Assembly (NCBI RefSeq): GCF_036321535.1
Contig: NC_087437.1
Location: forward strand, 62,250,001-62,314,000
DNA from: Camelus dromedarius
Lineage: Eukaryota
Length of the DNA: 64,000 nucleotides
Reading direction: 5' to 3'
The notes below the pieces were generated by a model, which saw only the letters and a list, made by a program, of their open reading frames with translations, made no database searches and was not told the DNA's origin. Every line of letters starts with the position of its first letter. Position 1 is the first letter of the stretch. Below are positions 37,202-50,353 of this stretch, one piece after another. Both the position numbers and the translations under genes were made by a program.

Positions 37202-39949
37202 AGGGAAGTACAGTATTTTACAAAAAACTGGAATACAGAATTTGAGATGGGGCAAGAGAATGCCACAGGGACCTTGCACCTTTCTAAATTAGAGTCATTT
37301 CATTAGCAATAATTGATCCTTTAAATTGTGGAGTATTTGGCAGAAATTCTCTCTATGTTCAGAGAATCCTAGATTCTCAGTATTAGAAAAGACCTTAAAA
37401 GATCTTTATTTATCTTTATTCATTCAGTGATAGAAAGGCTTCTTTCCAAAGTAAGGAGAAAAAAGAAGACTCCATTTCGAGGGCTCTCACTCTTTTGCCT
37501 CATCTGCCCTGGTTGATTTCCAGCCAAGGTCAGCAAATTTCACTTTGTGCTCAGAAACATCTACTCTCTTTGTTCAGGACACGATGTGAGATGTGAGGTC
37601 ACCTTGGTTTGGGAGGTTATCTGACAAATCCACATGCTTCCACCAAGTGATGTGACAGCTGCAGCTCACAGGTATAGGTGTTCCTAGAAAGGTTCTGGGA
37701 GCCAGTGAAGCAGTTTCACACTACCCTAGCGACAGTCAGAGCTGTAGTTGGGGTGGAAATGGTGCTTCGGCAGCTGGAGTGGCTAGAGGTGAAAGCTGGT
37801 CCAGGAGGTCCGGGGTCAAGTTTTGGCTCTTAGGCACCATGTGACTTTGGGTGTATCGCTTCCCCACTGGGTTTCCATTTCTTTATGAAATGATGGGTTG
37901 GTCTATCCTGTGCTAAAAGCTCCCTTTCCAAGATGGCCCATCTTTATCCTGTGGACATCTCCCAACATCCCTGATGCTGGTATAATGTGAGGAGGCTCAA
38001 CACCGGGCTGCTTAGCTTGGGACCTGGGAGCTTCAGGAGCCTGTGTGAAGGACAAGGAAAAGGGCCTTCCGGTGGATTTGAATGTACACTTGTGAGCCTG
38101 CGAGACCTGCAGCTCCTTGAGCGGAAGCAGGAGATTTTATCCATCTTTGTTCTCTGGCGCCCAGCACAGGCCTTGGCCCAGGGAGCATCTGTCCGGCCTG
38201 TGGCCGCCCACTGCCCTGGTGGGACGGTGGTAGCACCCGCACCACCATCTGGTCTAGGGCTCCTGTTATAAGATCTCTTACGGAGCTGGCAAGTCTACAA
38301 AGGCTGTTCAAAATGGACGCATTCCTTTTGAGCTATATTTTGGTTTGGGTACTTGAACTTCATGGTACTATTCTGGCTTTCCTGTCATGTAAGAGTGTTT
38401 GGGGAAAGCTTGCAGGTCAGATGATGTGGAAGGCAGGCAAGGAACTGCTGTTCCCAGTTCCTGGGGGTTGCTGAAGACTCTGAATAAGGGCAGGCCCCAC
38501 CTCTCTGGGCTGGGGCGGGGGGAGCTGGGCTGCCAGAGGCAAGGAGATGGATTCGATAAGTTCGACAGGTTTCTGCTCAGTGTCTTTGATAAGTTGGGAG
38601 ATGAAGACCAGGGAGGAAGATGGGTGACAAGAAGCAGGCAGAGGCCAAGGTCAAGCTCTCCAGCCAGCCCTGCACCATCCTGGGCTTCTGAACTGAGGCA
38701 GTGACACTGGAGGGAGGAGTAGCGAGAATATAGGAGAGAGACACTGAGATGTAATCTGGTGGGGTGTCGTTCTTTGGGCCAGGTGTGGCTAGTGATTACC
38801 ATGTATTAAATGAGTATTGAAAACCACTCCACTTTCCTTCCCCGAGTGGTAGGAGGAGGTGGAAGCAGCTTCAACATGGGGATGAGTTTCACTCCTTTAG
38901 CCTCTGTGGCCACCAGGACGTTTGTTGCTGCCACGGGATGAGACTTTTTCTGGGATCATCTTATGCCAGGGTGTGGATGAGAGCCCTGCTGGCTTTGTAG
39001 TCACAGACCTGGGGAGGTCCTGGCTTAGGGTCAGACAGACTCAGTCCAAACCCCAGTAGTGCCACTTGCCAGCTGGGGGACTTGTAGGTTATTAGTCTCT
39101 CTGTCCTTTAGTTCCTCATCTGTCAAGTGGGCCCCTGCTCAGGGAATATAGTGTCACGTATTCCCTGTGAAGCAGATGGCAAGGTGCCTGGGCAGGAGAG
39201 CTCCGTAGATACTGGGCGGGATGGTGCTCCTGAAACCAGTGCCTGTTAACACTGACCACTGTACTGATGATGTTGCCCCCTTCACCTGCAGACTCACTGA
39301 GCAGGAGACAAGTTCTGAATGTAAAGGGCTCAAGGACACCTTCCAAGGGCCTCAGTTACCTGGTCCTCCCTCACCTGGGACCAGTACCAGCCTCACCTGT
39401 GGTCTTCCTAGAACTCTTTCTCTCCACCCTTGGCTTCATATGCAGAGAGGAAAGAGCAAGTTTGAAGATCTGAAGTCAGAAAAACTCAGTGCCATAGTCC
39501 TCGCCAGTGTGCAGGCCACAGGCAACTCACTGCTGCTTTTTTTATTTTTTGCAGTTAAACCTTCTCCTGGATCCAAAATGGGTTCATGCAGCTCAATCTC
39601 CTGCATCAGTCACTAGATTGGGTTTTGAATTTGTGCCTGTTTTTAAAATAATCTAAACCCCTTATCAAGGGATGAAAAATTGTCTTATCCAGGAAACTCA
39701 AGAGAATATTCTGCTGGTTCTATTGAAAATTAGAGAATTTTAGAAAACAGTACAAGCAATGACAGCATTGCTGGAATCAGTATAGTCTTAACGGGACCTC
39801 CTTGAAATGGATCCGACTCACTGGGTAGGTGAATTCTTGTGGTTTGCTAGGAATATTTATAGTGTTGTCATGCCTTGTGGTAACGAGTGCTGCTGCCTCT
39901 GGCCGCGGGCAGACAGATGCCAGTGGCAGCTTGAGAGCTCTGACTGGGG

Positions 39950-40310
39950 TCAAAGGGCTTTTGCTCTTAAGCCCTTTGCTTTCTAGTGATGTGGCACTGG
40001 GCAGCTGCCTAACACCCCTGGGACTTACTTTCCTTATGTTAGAAATGGGGATAACAATGTCTATCCTGCTTAGTTACAGGGCTTTTGAGGAGGAGCAAAT
40101 ATAATTATGACTGTGAAAGCACATTTAAATGTAGACATAGCAAGTAATTTGAGTCATAACACAGTGAACTGACTGTGACCTTGGGCAAGGTGTTTCATCT
40201 CTGAGCCCATTTCCATATCTGTAAAATGGAGTTGATAATACCAGATCCATCTGCCTCGCCCCGCTGCCGTAGGGGCGAAATGAATCAATCCACGTGGACA
40301 AGCTTTGTAA
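39950..40310 (+). mobile_element. Two tandem MIR fragments
   Basis: gtggcactgggcag...aaatggggataacaat and tgtgaccttgggcaag...catatctgtaaaatggagttgataata. Confidence 0.7.
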
Positions 40311-41439
40311 ACATGCGTGTGCCGTGTTGGGGTTAGTCAGCCATGCTTCCCGGGAACACGTTGGGCAGTATTACTGCTCTGAGTGAGGCGGGGCTCCATG
40401 GGGAAGCTAGGTGTGGGAGGATGAGTAGAAAGCAGGAGAGGAGGCAGAGGGAGGGAAAGCCTTCCAGGAAATCTCAGTGGTCTTTTTCAAGCCTCGTCTC
40501 TTTGTCCTGGCAGCTGGCGCTGGTTGAATAGCTCCTTCCCATCTGTGCCCCTCCCAGCAAGTGGGATGTGCTTCTCATCTGCCCTTGGTCTTCTCCCTCC
40601 AGCTCAGGGCAGTGAACATTTATGGAGCATCTCCTTGAGCCACAGTCTCTTGTAAGGGACGTAGACATGGGGTCACATAAGTTATAACTGTATAACAAAG
40701 TAGAAGAGTAGTGGAGAGGGAGAGAGTTGTCCTGCTGCAGAAGGCTTCTTGGAGGTGGTGGCCTCTTAGCTGGGTGTGAGAAATGAGTGCGATTTTGCCA
40801 GAAGGCCAAGAGGAAGGGAGCAGGGCATTCTAGGTAGGAGGACAGCAGGCAGGAAGGCATGGAGGGAAGACAGAGCAGGGCTTCACATATTTTCTGTGAG
40901 GCTGTGGTTCCCACACTTCTTCTCTGCAGAAACCCAACTCCAGGCCTTCAACCAGCTGCCAGACATTCACACATTCATTCCCTCCTTTGTCCTGCTTCAC
41001 TTTCAACACAACGGTTATAAATGCAGACATATCGCCCTTTCCTCCCCAGACACAACATCCCTTTGCTTGTTAATGGTCCCCTTAATCTCTCCGTCCCACA
41101 TTCAAAACCTCCATCATCCTGCCACCTTTTCTCACTCAGGTAATCAATGTGGATTCTTCCCTCCCTTCTTTCCTTCCTTTCTTCCTTCCTCCTCGTAAGT
41201 CCCATCACTTACTAATCGGGAGGAATGAAGTACACGTAATCCATCCGGACAGTGGGCGTCTCACCCGACTTGGGCCCTGCAGCTGCGGTGAGGACTCCGT
41301 GTCCCTTGGCGGCGTCCTGGAAGCACACCAGGAGGGCCGCCTCAGCCCTGTCCGCATTCCCTCTCAGGAGGTGCTGTCTTCTGATTGCTCCTTCCTTTCT
41401 GGTCCTTCATTCTTTCTCGATTTCCGTGTTTTTAGATTG

Positions 41440-41670
41440 GACTTTCTTTGGAGTCAAACCGACCTGGGCTGATGTCCAGTTCTACTGTTTGCTGTGTACC
41501 CTTGGCCAGTTTACTTATCTCACTGCTTCTCAGTGTCCTCATCAGAAAACAGTGGTAATAATGGTGCCGACCTCCCGGGGCTGCCCGAAGGATTAACTGG
41601 GACAGTCCGTGTGAAATGCGTAGCCGGCTCCTGCAGGGAGCAAGTGGCTCCCACACTGGCCATAATAATA
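41440..41670 (+). mobile_element. MIR SINE
   Basis: ggagtcaaaccgacctgggc...ccttggccagtttactta...tcagtgtcctcatcagaaaa. Confidence 0.7.
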
Positions 41671-43624
41671 ACTAATAGTTACCCTACTCTGGTGGGCGTC
41701 TTTAAAAAAAATTCTCCTTAGGTTTATTTTTCCCTCCCTCTGTAAGTTTCTCCCTTTTGTTATATTTCTCTTTTCAGCCCCCTTCCTTTCTTCTCCCTCT
41801 TGTTTTATCTTTCTTAACTGGCTATGGTATACGACTGATTTTTTAAATATTGGTTATATTTGAGTCTAGTGTCAGGTTTCCCAATCTTAATTTTAAAAAC
41901 CTGGTGGTAAAGTTAATTTGTCTCTTGAACTGGATTTTACTGACGAACCCCTGCGGGCTCCTGGTGGGCCATCGCTGAGCACCCCACTGCCCCCATCGGT
42001 CCACTGTGTACATTTCCTAACATTGTAAACTTGCCGGACAAATGATGCTCTGTGATTTCCTTAGCGTCCTGGGCCACTTCTCCCAGGTCTGTGTTGTAAA
42101 TGGACCTCAGAATGCGTAAAAGGCAGCAGGCCACTCCGAGCAAGAGAGAGCCTTTAAAGCCTGGCGTCTGGTGAAGTCCGCCCGCCCGCCGCCCCGGTAG
42201 CGCCCTGCACTTCCTGCCCCCTCCCCCACACCTCTCCCCTCTTCCTCCTCGGAACCAGGATGTTTTCCTTGCCTTTTTATTGTTTCGCTAACCTGGCAGG
42301 CCTCCTTTGGTGGAGTCCTGCCACCGGGCTTCCTCTCTGGGTGTGAGCGAACATTAGGGTGACTGTGCGGGATGCCGGGAGGCCAGCTCCCCGCGCACCC
42401 CCAACCTTCACCTCTAGGCGATGCTCAGCCTCTTTCTCAAAACTGCCTCTTTGCTGAGGAGCTTCCTCTTCAGCCCCTACATGGGTGTTTATTTTTCAAA
42501 GGGTGAGGGGGGGCAAAGAAAACCGAGGGACAAGATATGCAACCCCCCCCCCAGAAAGAAGATAGGCCCCCTGCAGAAAGCCTTTTTGTTTACTTATTTA
42601 ATTGAATGAGAACCTTCTGAACTTTGACCCTAGGCCTTTTTCTCAAGGTCTGTTTTTTTTTTTTAACCTATAGAATTATTTTTAAAGCAAGGAGCATGAG
42701 GTCACACCAAGGCCCTTCATCTTTCATTGTTGCCTGGATAGAGAGCCTCCCTCCTTAGCACCCCCGAGGCCACCTCAGGGGTGATTCCATTTCTGGAAGC
42801 CTGACCCCAGACCCAGGGGCTCCGGGTCGGCCAACTCCGGGTCACGTCCTGCAGGCAGCCTTTGTCCCCAGAGGATGGTCAGCTGGACAGAAGCTGACTC
42901 TGTCAGAGGGAGGGGAGGACAATATGCCTTGTAAACTTCATACTTCTCATTACGAGAGGCTATTCCAGGGGAATCTTTTTAAAAATCAAATCATTGGATC
43001 TCAAGTCCAAACACTTCTGAATGTGTATGGTTTTTCTTGGGGCTGTTCCTTTCAGGGTAAGAACAAGGAAGGAAACGAAACTCCCCGAGAGCCCTGGACA
43101 GTCCAGATCGAGAGCTGAGTCTTTTGTTCACACAAACTCATTTGGCTCCTAAACGTCCTCCACCCAGAATCATTACATCCGCAGCAGCCGCGTTTCAAAA
43201 CACGGCCCAGAGGGGCCGAGCTGAGTAGGCGGCTGCCTTTCTGTGAGATTGCAGCCACTTTCCCCCACACCCCCAAGGTTCCTGCCTGCCCCAAAATATC
43301 CCGCAGCTGGCCATCTAGCCTGAAATCCCCCTCATTTGGAAGATTCCTGGGGTGCAGGCAGTGAGCTGCAAGGGCCCTGCTGTGGAAGGCCCAGGATCCT
43401 GAGGAGGCAGCAGCAGCTGGGGAAGGAGGGTGGGATTCTGGTCTTAGTCCTGCACCTTCCAAATTCCCAGGGCACCCCCTCTGCCTCGCTGGGCCACTTC
43501 CCACACCGCAGCAGCGTCGTGGGGATTTGTGCACACAGTTCAGCTCCCTCGAAGCAGTAAGCTCTTTGAGGTAGATGCCTCAGTGCCTTGTGTGTGGTTG
43601 ATGTGTATGTGTGTGTGTATATAT

Positions 43625-44072
43625 ATATTTTTTATTGTGGTAAAATGTATGTAACATAAAATTTACCATTTTAAGTGTACAGTTCATTGGCACTGAGTAC
43701 ATTCACAGTGTTGTACAACCATCACCACCATCCATTTCCAGGACTTTTTCATTTTGCGAATAGAAACTCACTAAGTAATAACTCCCCATTCCTCCCTCCC
43801 CTCAGCTCCTGCTAACTTCTGTTCTACTTTCTGTCTCTATGACTTTACCTATTCTAAGTACTTCAAATTAGTGGAATTATGTGGTATTTGTTCTTTTGGC
43901 TTATTTCACTTACCATAATGTTTTCAAGGTTCACCCATGTTGTAACATGTGTCACAATTTCCTTCCCTTTTAAGGCTGAATAATATTCTATTGTATGCAT
44001 ATATCACATTTTGTGTATCCATCTGCCTGCTGATGGGCACTTGAGTTTTTTCCACCTTCTGGCTATTGTGAA
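43625..44072 (-). mobile_element. L1MB-like 3' fragment
   Basis: tttttattgtggtaaaatgtatgtaacataaaatttaccattttaagtgtacagttca...ttttaaggctgaataatattctattgtatg. Confidence 0.9.
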
Positions 44073-46799
44073 AAAGAAAAGGGGCTCACTGTCTCTCTCT
44101 CTCTCTTTTTTTTTAAAGTCTCTTTTCTCCCTCCCTGTGTAAGCAATTGAATTTTAGGAAAATCTTTTAAAATTGCAAAGAAACCTACTATCATAGGTCT
44201 AAGAATCCATGCTGGCACATACAACCATGTAGATTCAAGGGACGCAGCTCCACGGATCTCTGAAGAGCATTGCCCAAGTTGAGGATCCCAGGAAGGCTCC
44301 CAGGGGCAGGCGGGAATGGGGAATTCTGCAGCGGAGGGTCAGTGTCATACCGTTCCAGAACCGCTCCCTTGTGAACCTTAGCCCTTGGCCATCTGACCTT
44401 TGTCTGCCATCTGCCAAGCGACACTCGGGAAAGTCCTGGGGACTCTGGTTGACTCATCTCTGACCTCTTGGCAGGCTTGGTGTCCATGGCCTCTCTGTGC
44501 TGTGTCTGGGCACTCACTGCCTTCCTGGTCCCACTTTCAACCTCATCCTGTCCTTCCCTTGTCATCTGTGTCTTGTTCACTGACTCTTCTCCTTCTAAAT
44601 TCAAGCTTTCCCTCAATTCAGTTCTCGACCCTCCCTTTCCCCTTCCTCTGCCACCCCCTTGTCCTTCCTCCTAATCTGTAGTCCCGCATCTTAGTGCCTG
44701 TCAGACATTTCCACCTGGAAGTTACAACATCACCCCAAACGTCATATTTTGAAAACAGACTTTTCTCGTCCCACAGACTTGTTCTCTGTTCTGCCTCTAC
44801 TCCTTTTTTCTCATTCTTTTCGTTACCCATGAAATTCATCTCTGACTTAGAAGCTGATTTAGATGTCCTCTGCTCAGTCTTCTAGCTAATGATGTGCAGC
44901 TGCTGTCAAGCCAAGTCTGTCTGATTCCAAAGCCTACGTGATAAGCACCATCTCATCCCTCTTAGGGAAACAGTTGGGTTTAAGGCTGAAGTTTGAAGGC
45001 TGGTGAGACTTTCTTTGGCCCTGCTTACTGGTCAATGCCTTGAAGGCCCCATGTCACTGAATAAGCTGGGGTGTGATGGATGGAGACCTGGCCTCAGATT
45101 GTGTGTCTCTGCTGTTGGGCCCGTGACCTTGAGCAATCACCTAATCTTTCTGCCCCTCAGTCTCCCCATATGCCACGACACCCACTCGACTGGCTGTCAC
45201 GTGCATTAAACGAGATAACACCTGGGAAATCACTTGGCACTGGGTAGTGAGATCTGGATCTAAATGGAGGGAAATGACAATAAAGGGCTTGTGCTTCAAC
45301 TCCATGCCCCAGAAGCGAGAGTGTAGCCGGCAGCACTTGACATGGGGCCGCTGCAGGGGTAGCTGGTGCAGTGTGGGGGCGGCCGGGCCGCCGGGAGGAA
45401 ATTGCTTCTTTGGATGACACGGCACACTCTCTGCACACACCCACGCCACTGCTCGGGAACAATGGAGTCAAAAACCCCCAAATCATGGGGTGGGTGGCGA
45501 GGAGTTGACTCTGTAGCAGCTGCTAATTAGGAAATCCTACTCCCGGGCTGTGCTAGCATCCCTGATGATGCTGGTGCACAAACAGATGTTTTGGAACGTG
45601 AAGACATTACAGAAGTGGAAGTTGTCAACTTGGAAAAAATGAAAAACAGGCAAAGCAATAAAACTCTCTTGTTCACTTCATCTCTATTCATGGTACAATG
45701 GCGGATGGCCTGACACAAAGGGAAGGATGGCATTTCCAGCTGGAGAGATACTTGGGGAATTGGGACATCTAAACTCCAGTCTGAGGCTGGTTGGTGTGGC
45801 TCAGTTGCCATGGATGTGAGTAGGGTTTAAGCAATTGCCTCTGACCCTCTGGGGAGAGGGATGGGAGAGGTGAAGGGTGCCAGCCTCCCCTGAGCCTTGG
45901 GGCACCCCCTTCCTGCCCCAGAGGCTGCTGCTAAGTGTCTAGTGGGGCACAGCCTCTCCTCCTCACTCCTGGCTGGCCCAGGCACTGAGGCCTGAGGCAT
46001 ACCTTCTCCCTTTCTGCTTCTCCAGAGCCAATTTCTCTTCTCCACCAAGAGGAGGAGCCCCAATACCTCCCCCCTACATGTGGTAGGTCCCTGTTGAGTC
46101 TTGTCCACTTACCCCTGAATTACTCTCTGTGCTGAATGGGGGGCCACACCACAAGCCAAATTCAACCACAGTTGACCTGAACAACTCAGGGCTTCTGCAA
46201 GGATTCGCCCCTGGACTGCAGTAACTATTTTAGCATTTGACCCATTGTTCTCCCTGAGGTACGACCTGGAGTGGTGCAAGGCACCGAGATGTTCACAATC
46301 AAACGAGACCTTGAACGGCAGAGGGGGTGGGCTGGGGTGCTGCCTGCCCCAGCCTGCGTGGTTGGTTAATCCTTTTTCTGAGGAATGGGCAATAAGAGTA
46401 GAGGCACATCCAGAGTGAAACAGGTGGCGGTGGGATGCTGTTGTGGAATACCAGGCCAGTGACATCAGGGGCTTTCATGCTGGAGGTGGTCCCAAGTCTC
46501 ACCCTGTGCCCCCTCCCAGTTCTCCCTGTGCCTCCTGGGAGAGTGTCATGGAGCCGGGCTAGCCGAGGCAGGAGCTGCCCCAGCAGCCACTCAGCCAGCC
46601 TCAGTCCTTTCATCAGGGGGCACTCCTAGCTGCCAGGAGGGCCTGGAGGCCTGAGGGGGTGGCTCTCTTCTGCTACCAGCTCCTATCTGCTACTCGGAGA
46701 AGTGTTGGGGGACTGAGCCATGATTGCTTAAGCAGTGCCCGCCAAGGTCATCCCCAGACCTATTTGTTAAAAGTTGAGAGGCCTAAATCCATTTACCAG

Positions 46800-47010
46800 C
46801 TCTGACGTATACAGCACTCACTATGTGCCTGATACTGGTTGACGCTCTCACATGTGTGTACTCTGTGCAGTCCAGCGAGGTAGGGACTGCTATTGTCCCC
46901 ATTCTACAGATGAAGACGCACAGAGAAATTATGTATCTCACTTCATCGGGCGTGTAAGTGGTAGAGCCAGAAGTCTAACCCGGACAGCCTGACTTTAACC
47001 ACAGCCTGTG
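46800..47010 (-). mobile_element. MIR SINE
   Basis: agcactcactatgtgcctg...tattgtccccattctacagatgaaga. Confidence 0.75.
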
Positions 47011-49933
47011 TGTTACCCACGGCCTCTCTTTTTAAGAACTAAGTTTCTAGATCCAGGCATGAAACTGGAGGCAGACCCTGTTCCTTCTAGACGAAAGGAC
47101 CTTTACAGAGAGAACACAGATTCACGGCTACAGGTAAAGCAAGCAGCTTTTTAATATGGCCTCCTGTGTTCTTGGGGAAAGAGAGGGGAAGATCCCTAAA
47201 TAAAGAGGGGTCCTAAAGGAAACAGTTTCTCACCAATCCAGGCAGCTGTGGCACCCGTGACTAAGGGGAAGAGGGTGGAGGTGGCACCACAAGCCAGCAG
47301 GTCTCCGAGGTCAGCAGGGCCCGGCAGTGGCAGCAGTGACCAGGGTGTGTCCAGCCCGAGCTGCTCTGGAGAGGCAGTCACCAGCACTTCTCCTTGATCA
47401 GGATGCCGGCGGTGGCTGTGACCCGTGCTGAGACTGGCTAGGCGTCCAGAGGCCGAGTGGTGCAGACACAAGTAAACTCATCAGTCCTTCAGCTGGGTGT
47501 CAAAGCCACTCCCATGCTTGTGTTTCAGAAACAGCACTGGAGTCCAAACCCACACACTGGCTTGTTAGCAAGTTGCATGAGCCAACTTTATATTTAAAGT
47601 CTACAGCCTTCACCTACCTTAAGGAGCAGGTCTGGGGACCAAAGAAAGCATATTACAAGGTGGCTTCCAGGCCTGGAGTCCTTTTACCAAGATACCAACC
47701 TTTTTTTCCTTTTTCTTAGTAGAATATATTTTTCATAATATAAGATCATGTGGTACATATGTATCGTAATTTTTGTTTTCATGTAACAATACAGGATGAG
47801 TGATACATGTATATAAAACTGTGTCAATGATATATTCTGATCAGTTCTTTAAAAATTTTGTCTCATAATTAAGTTAACCAACTCCTTACTGCAGAAATTT
47901 AGGTTGTTTCCAATTTTCATTATTATAAACATGCTTTGATAAATTTCCTTATGCCTGAAATTGCATACTTCCTTAGTTTCCTTGGAATTAATGTTCAGAA
48001 GTGGAATTCCCAGGTCAAAACATACATCTATTTTTAAGGCTTTTGCAATAGATTGCTGAATTTCTCACCAGGAAGAATATGCCAGTTACATTCTTGCCCA
48101 CATTGTAAGAAAGTGTTTTCTATACCTGCAGTGACATTAGATATTATCATTTTTTTAAATCTTTGCCAATTTGATAGGCAAAAATATATATGATTTTAAA
48201 AAGTCTTTTCTAGTTTAGATTTGTATTTCATTTCTTCCCAACAATACTTTCGTGTATTTATTCTCCACTTACACATTTTCTTTTGTGAATGGCACATTCA
48301 TGTTTTCTGTCTATGTGCATCCTAGGATTTGAAAGTGTTCTTTGTGTATTAAGAATGCTAAACTTTTGTCATGCACTGCAGACATTTATCCTGGTTTGTT
48401 ATTCAACTTTTTTAAAATTTAATTTTTATTTTTATCAAACTTACACATGGTTTAAAGATTGAATATGTTTTATAAGGCTGTTATTAAGACCCTGACCACT
48501 CCTACCATCATCATTTTCTGCCTCCCACTTTCAGGGCTTTTAACAGATTCTTTTAGTAATTATGTCCATATCTCTAAATAACATGCTTCTGTTGCCATTT
48601 ATTGATTTTTTTTGTTTTGTTTTGGTTTTAGTCAATTTTCATTGATTTCTCTCAATGGAAATTTTATATCATTCCAAGCTCTACCAGTTTTACTCTTTTG
48701 AGGGACTTCAAAAGGCGTTTTTGACACAACTGAAAGTTACCCTTCTCCTACACAAGATTCTGATCACCCCCTCCCCGCCCCGGATTTATGTGCTATTGTT
48801 ATCCAGGATTTCCTTTGCCTCCTTTTGTTAATCCCACAAATGAGAAATTACTATTTTATAAATTCAGTGATTCTTTAGATTTATGCACATATTTATTATT
48901 CTTCTTGTTCAGTGTTTCATTTTGCATCTTACAGCTTTCATCTAGGATTGCTTTTCCACTACTTGAAATAAATTCTCCATAATTTCCTTTACTGGAGATA
49001 ATTAACTCAAATTTGACTGAAAATGTTTCTATTTTGAAAGAGTCTCAAGATAGTTTTGCCGTGTATACAATCCTAATCTTTTCTGTCAGCACTTGAAAAT
49101 ACTTACATACTGTCTTTTGGCTTCCATTGTTGCTATTGAGAAGTCAACTGTTAGTCTGTCACCTTCTGTAGGTGATTTTTCATTTATTTCCTCTCGTTTT
49201 TAAGACCTAGTGTTTGTAATTTTCTGCACTTTCACTATGATATGAGTTTATATGTTTTTTTGATTTAGCCTCCTAAGGATTTTTTGGGCATCCTTAGTCT
49301 GAAGAGTCATACTTTTTATCACTTCTGAAAAATTCTTAGCCATTATCTTTTTGAATATTGCCATTTCTTCTTTTTCTTGCATCTTCTAGAAATCCAGTTA
49401 GATATATATGTTGGACTTTCTCGCTGACTTCCTTGTCTCTTCACCCTGTTTTCATATTTGCTATCTTTTCATATCATTTCTGCAGTCTCTTGTCATCTGT
49501 CTTGTAATTTTTAATTCTCTTTAGCCGTATCTGATTGGCTGTTGAGTTTCCTAATTTTAATATTTTTTTTCATTTCTAGAATCTCCATTTAAATTTCTTT
49601 CAAAAATTTTGACCATTATTTATAGCCTCTTTTTCTCTCATTTTCAATTTCTTCATATTTATTTTCGTGGAATTTTATATACTTACATTCTTTGTCTGAT
49701 AATTCTAGTAGTTGAAGTCTTTACTCATCTAGTTTACTGACTTTTGTCCACAGATGCCTTATTTTCTTTATTTTGTGATTTTTTGACTGTGATCTCTTAT
49801 TCTTTAGGATTTTATCAGTAAATAATAAAATTGGATTGAAGGTATGTTCGTCTAGAGAGGATTCACATTTATTTCTGCCAAGTACCCAGAGGTACTGTAT
49901 ACCAGGACCACTTTTTCTTCCGCTTTAACAGGA

Positions 49934-49980
49934 TGTGTGTGTGTGTGTGTGCGCGCGCGCGCGTTTGTGCATGTATGTGT
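49934..49980. repeat. (TG)n(CG)n compound dinucleotide repeat
   Basis: tgtgtgtgtgtgtgtgtgcgcgcgcgcgcgtttgtgcatgtatgtgt. Confidence 0.92.
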
Positions 49981-50031
49981 GGTATGAGATGTATTTTACA
50001 TGCCATAAAATTTACCCTTTTAAAGTACAGT

Positions 50032-50353
50032 CAGTCATACTTTGGAAATATTGTGGGTATAATTCCAGACCACTGCAATAAAACAAATATCACCATAAAG
50101 CACATAAGTTTTTTGGTTTCCCAGTGCATATAAAAGTTATGTTTACACTAAACTGTAGTGTTTTAAGTGTGCAATAGCATTATATTAAAAACAAAACAAA
50201 ACAGTGTACATACCTGAGTTTAAAATAATGCTGTTGGGAAAATGGTGCCAATAGACTTGCTTGACACAGGGTTGCCACAAACCTTGAATTTGTAAAAAGT
50301 GCGATATCTGTGAAGCACTATAAAGTGAGGCACAATGAAACAAGGTATGCTTG
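50032..50353 (-). mobile_element. Internally deleted Tigger1-like DNA transposon
   Basis: Terminal inverted repeats cagtcatac... / ...ggtatgcttg with flanking TA. Both Tigger1 ends are recognisable (ccagaccactgcaataaa; gggttgccacaaaccttgaatttgtaaaaa). Confidence 0.85.
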
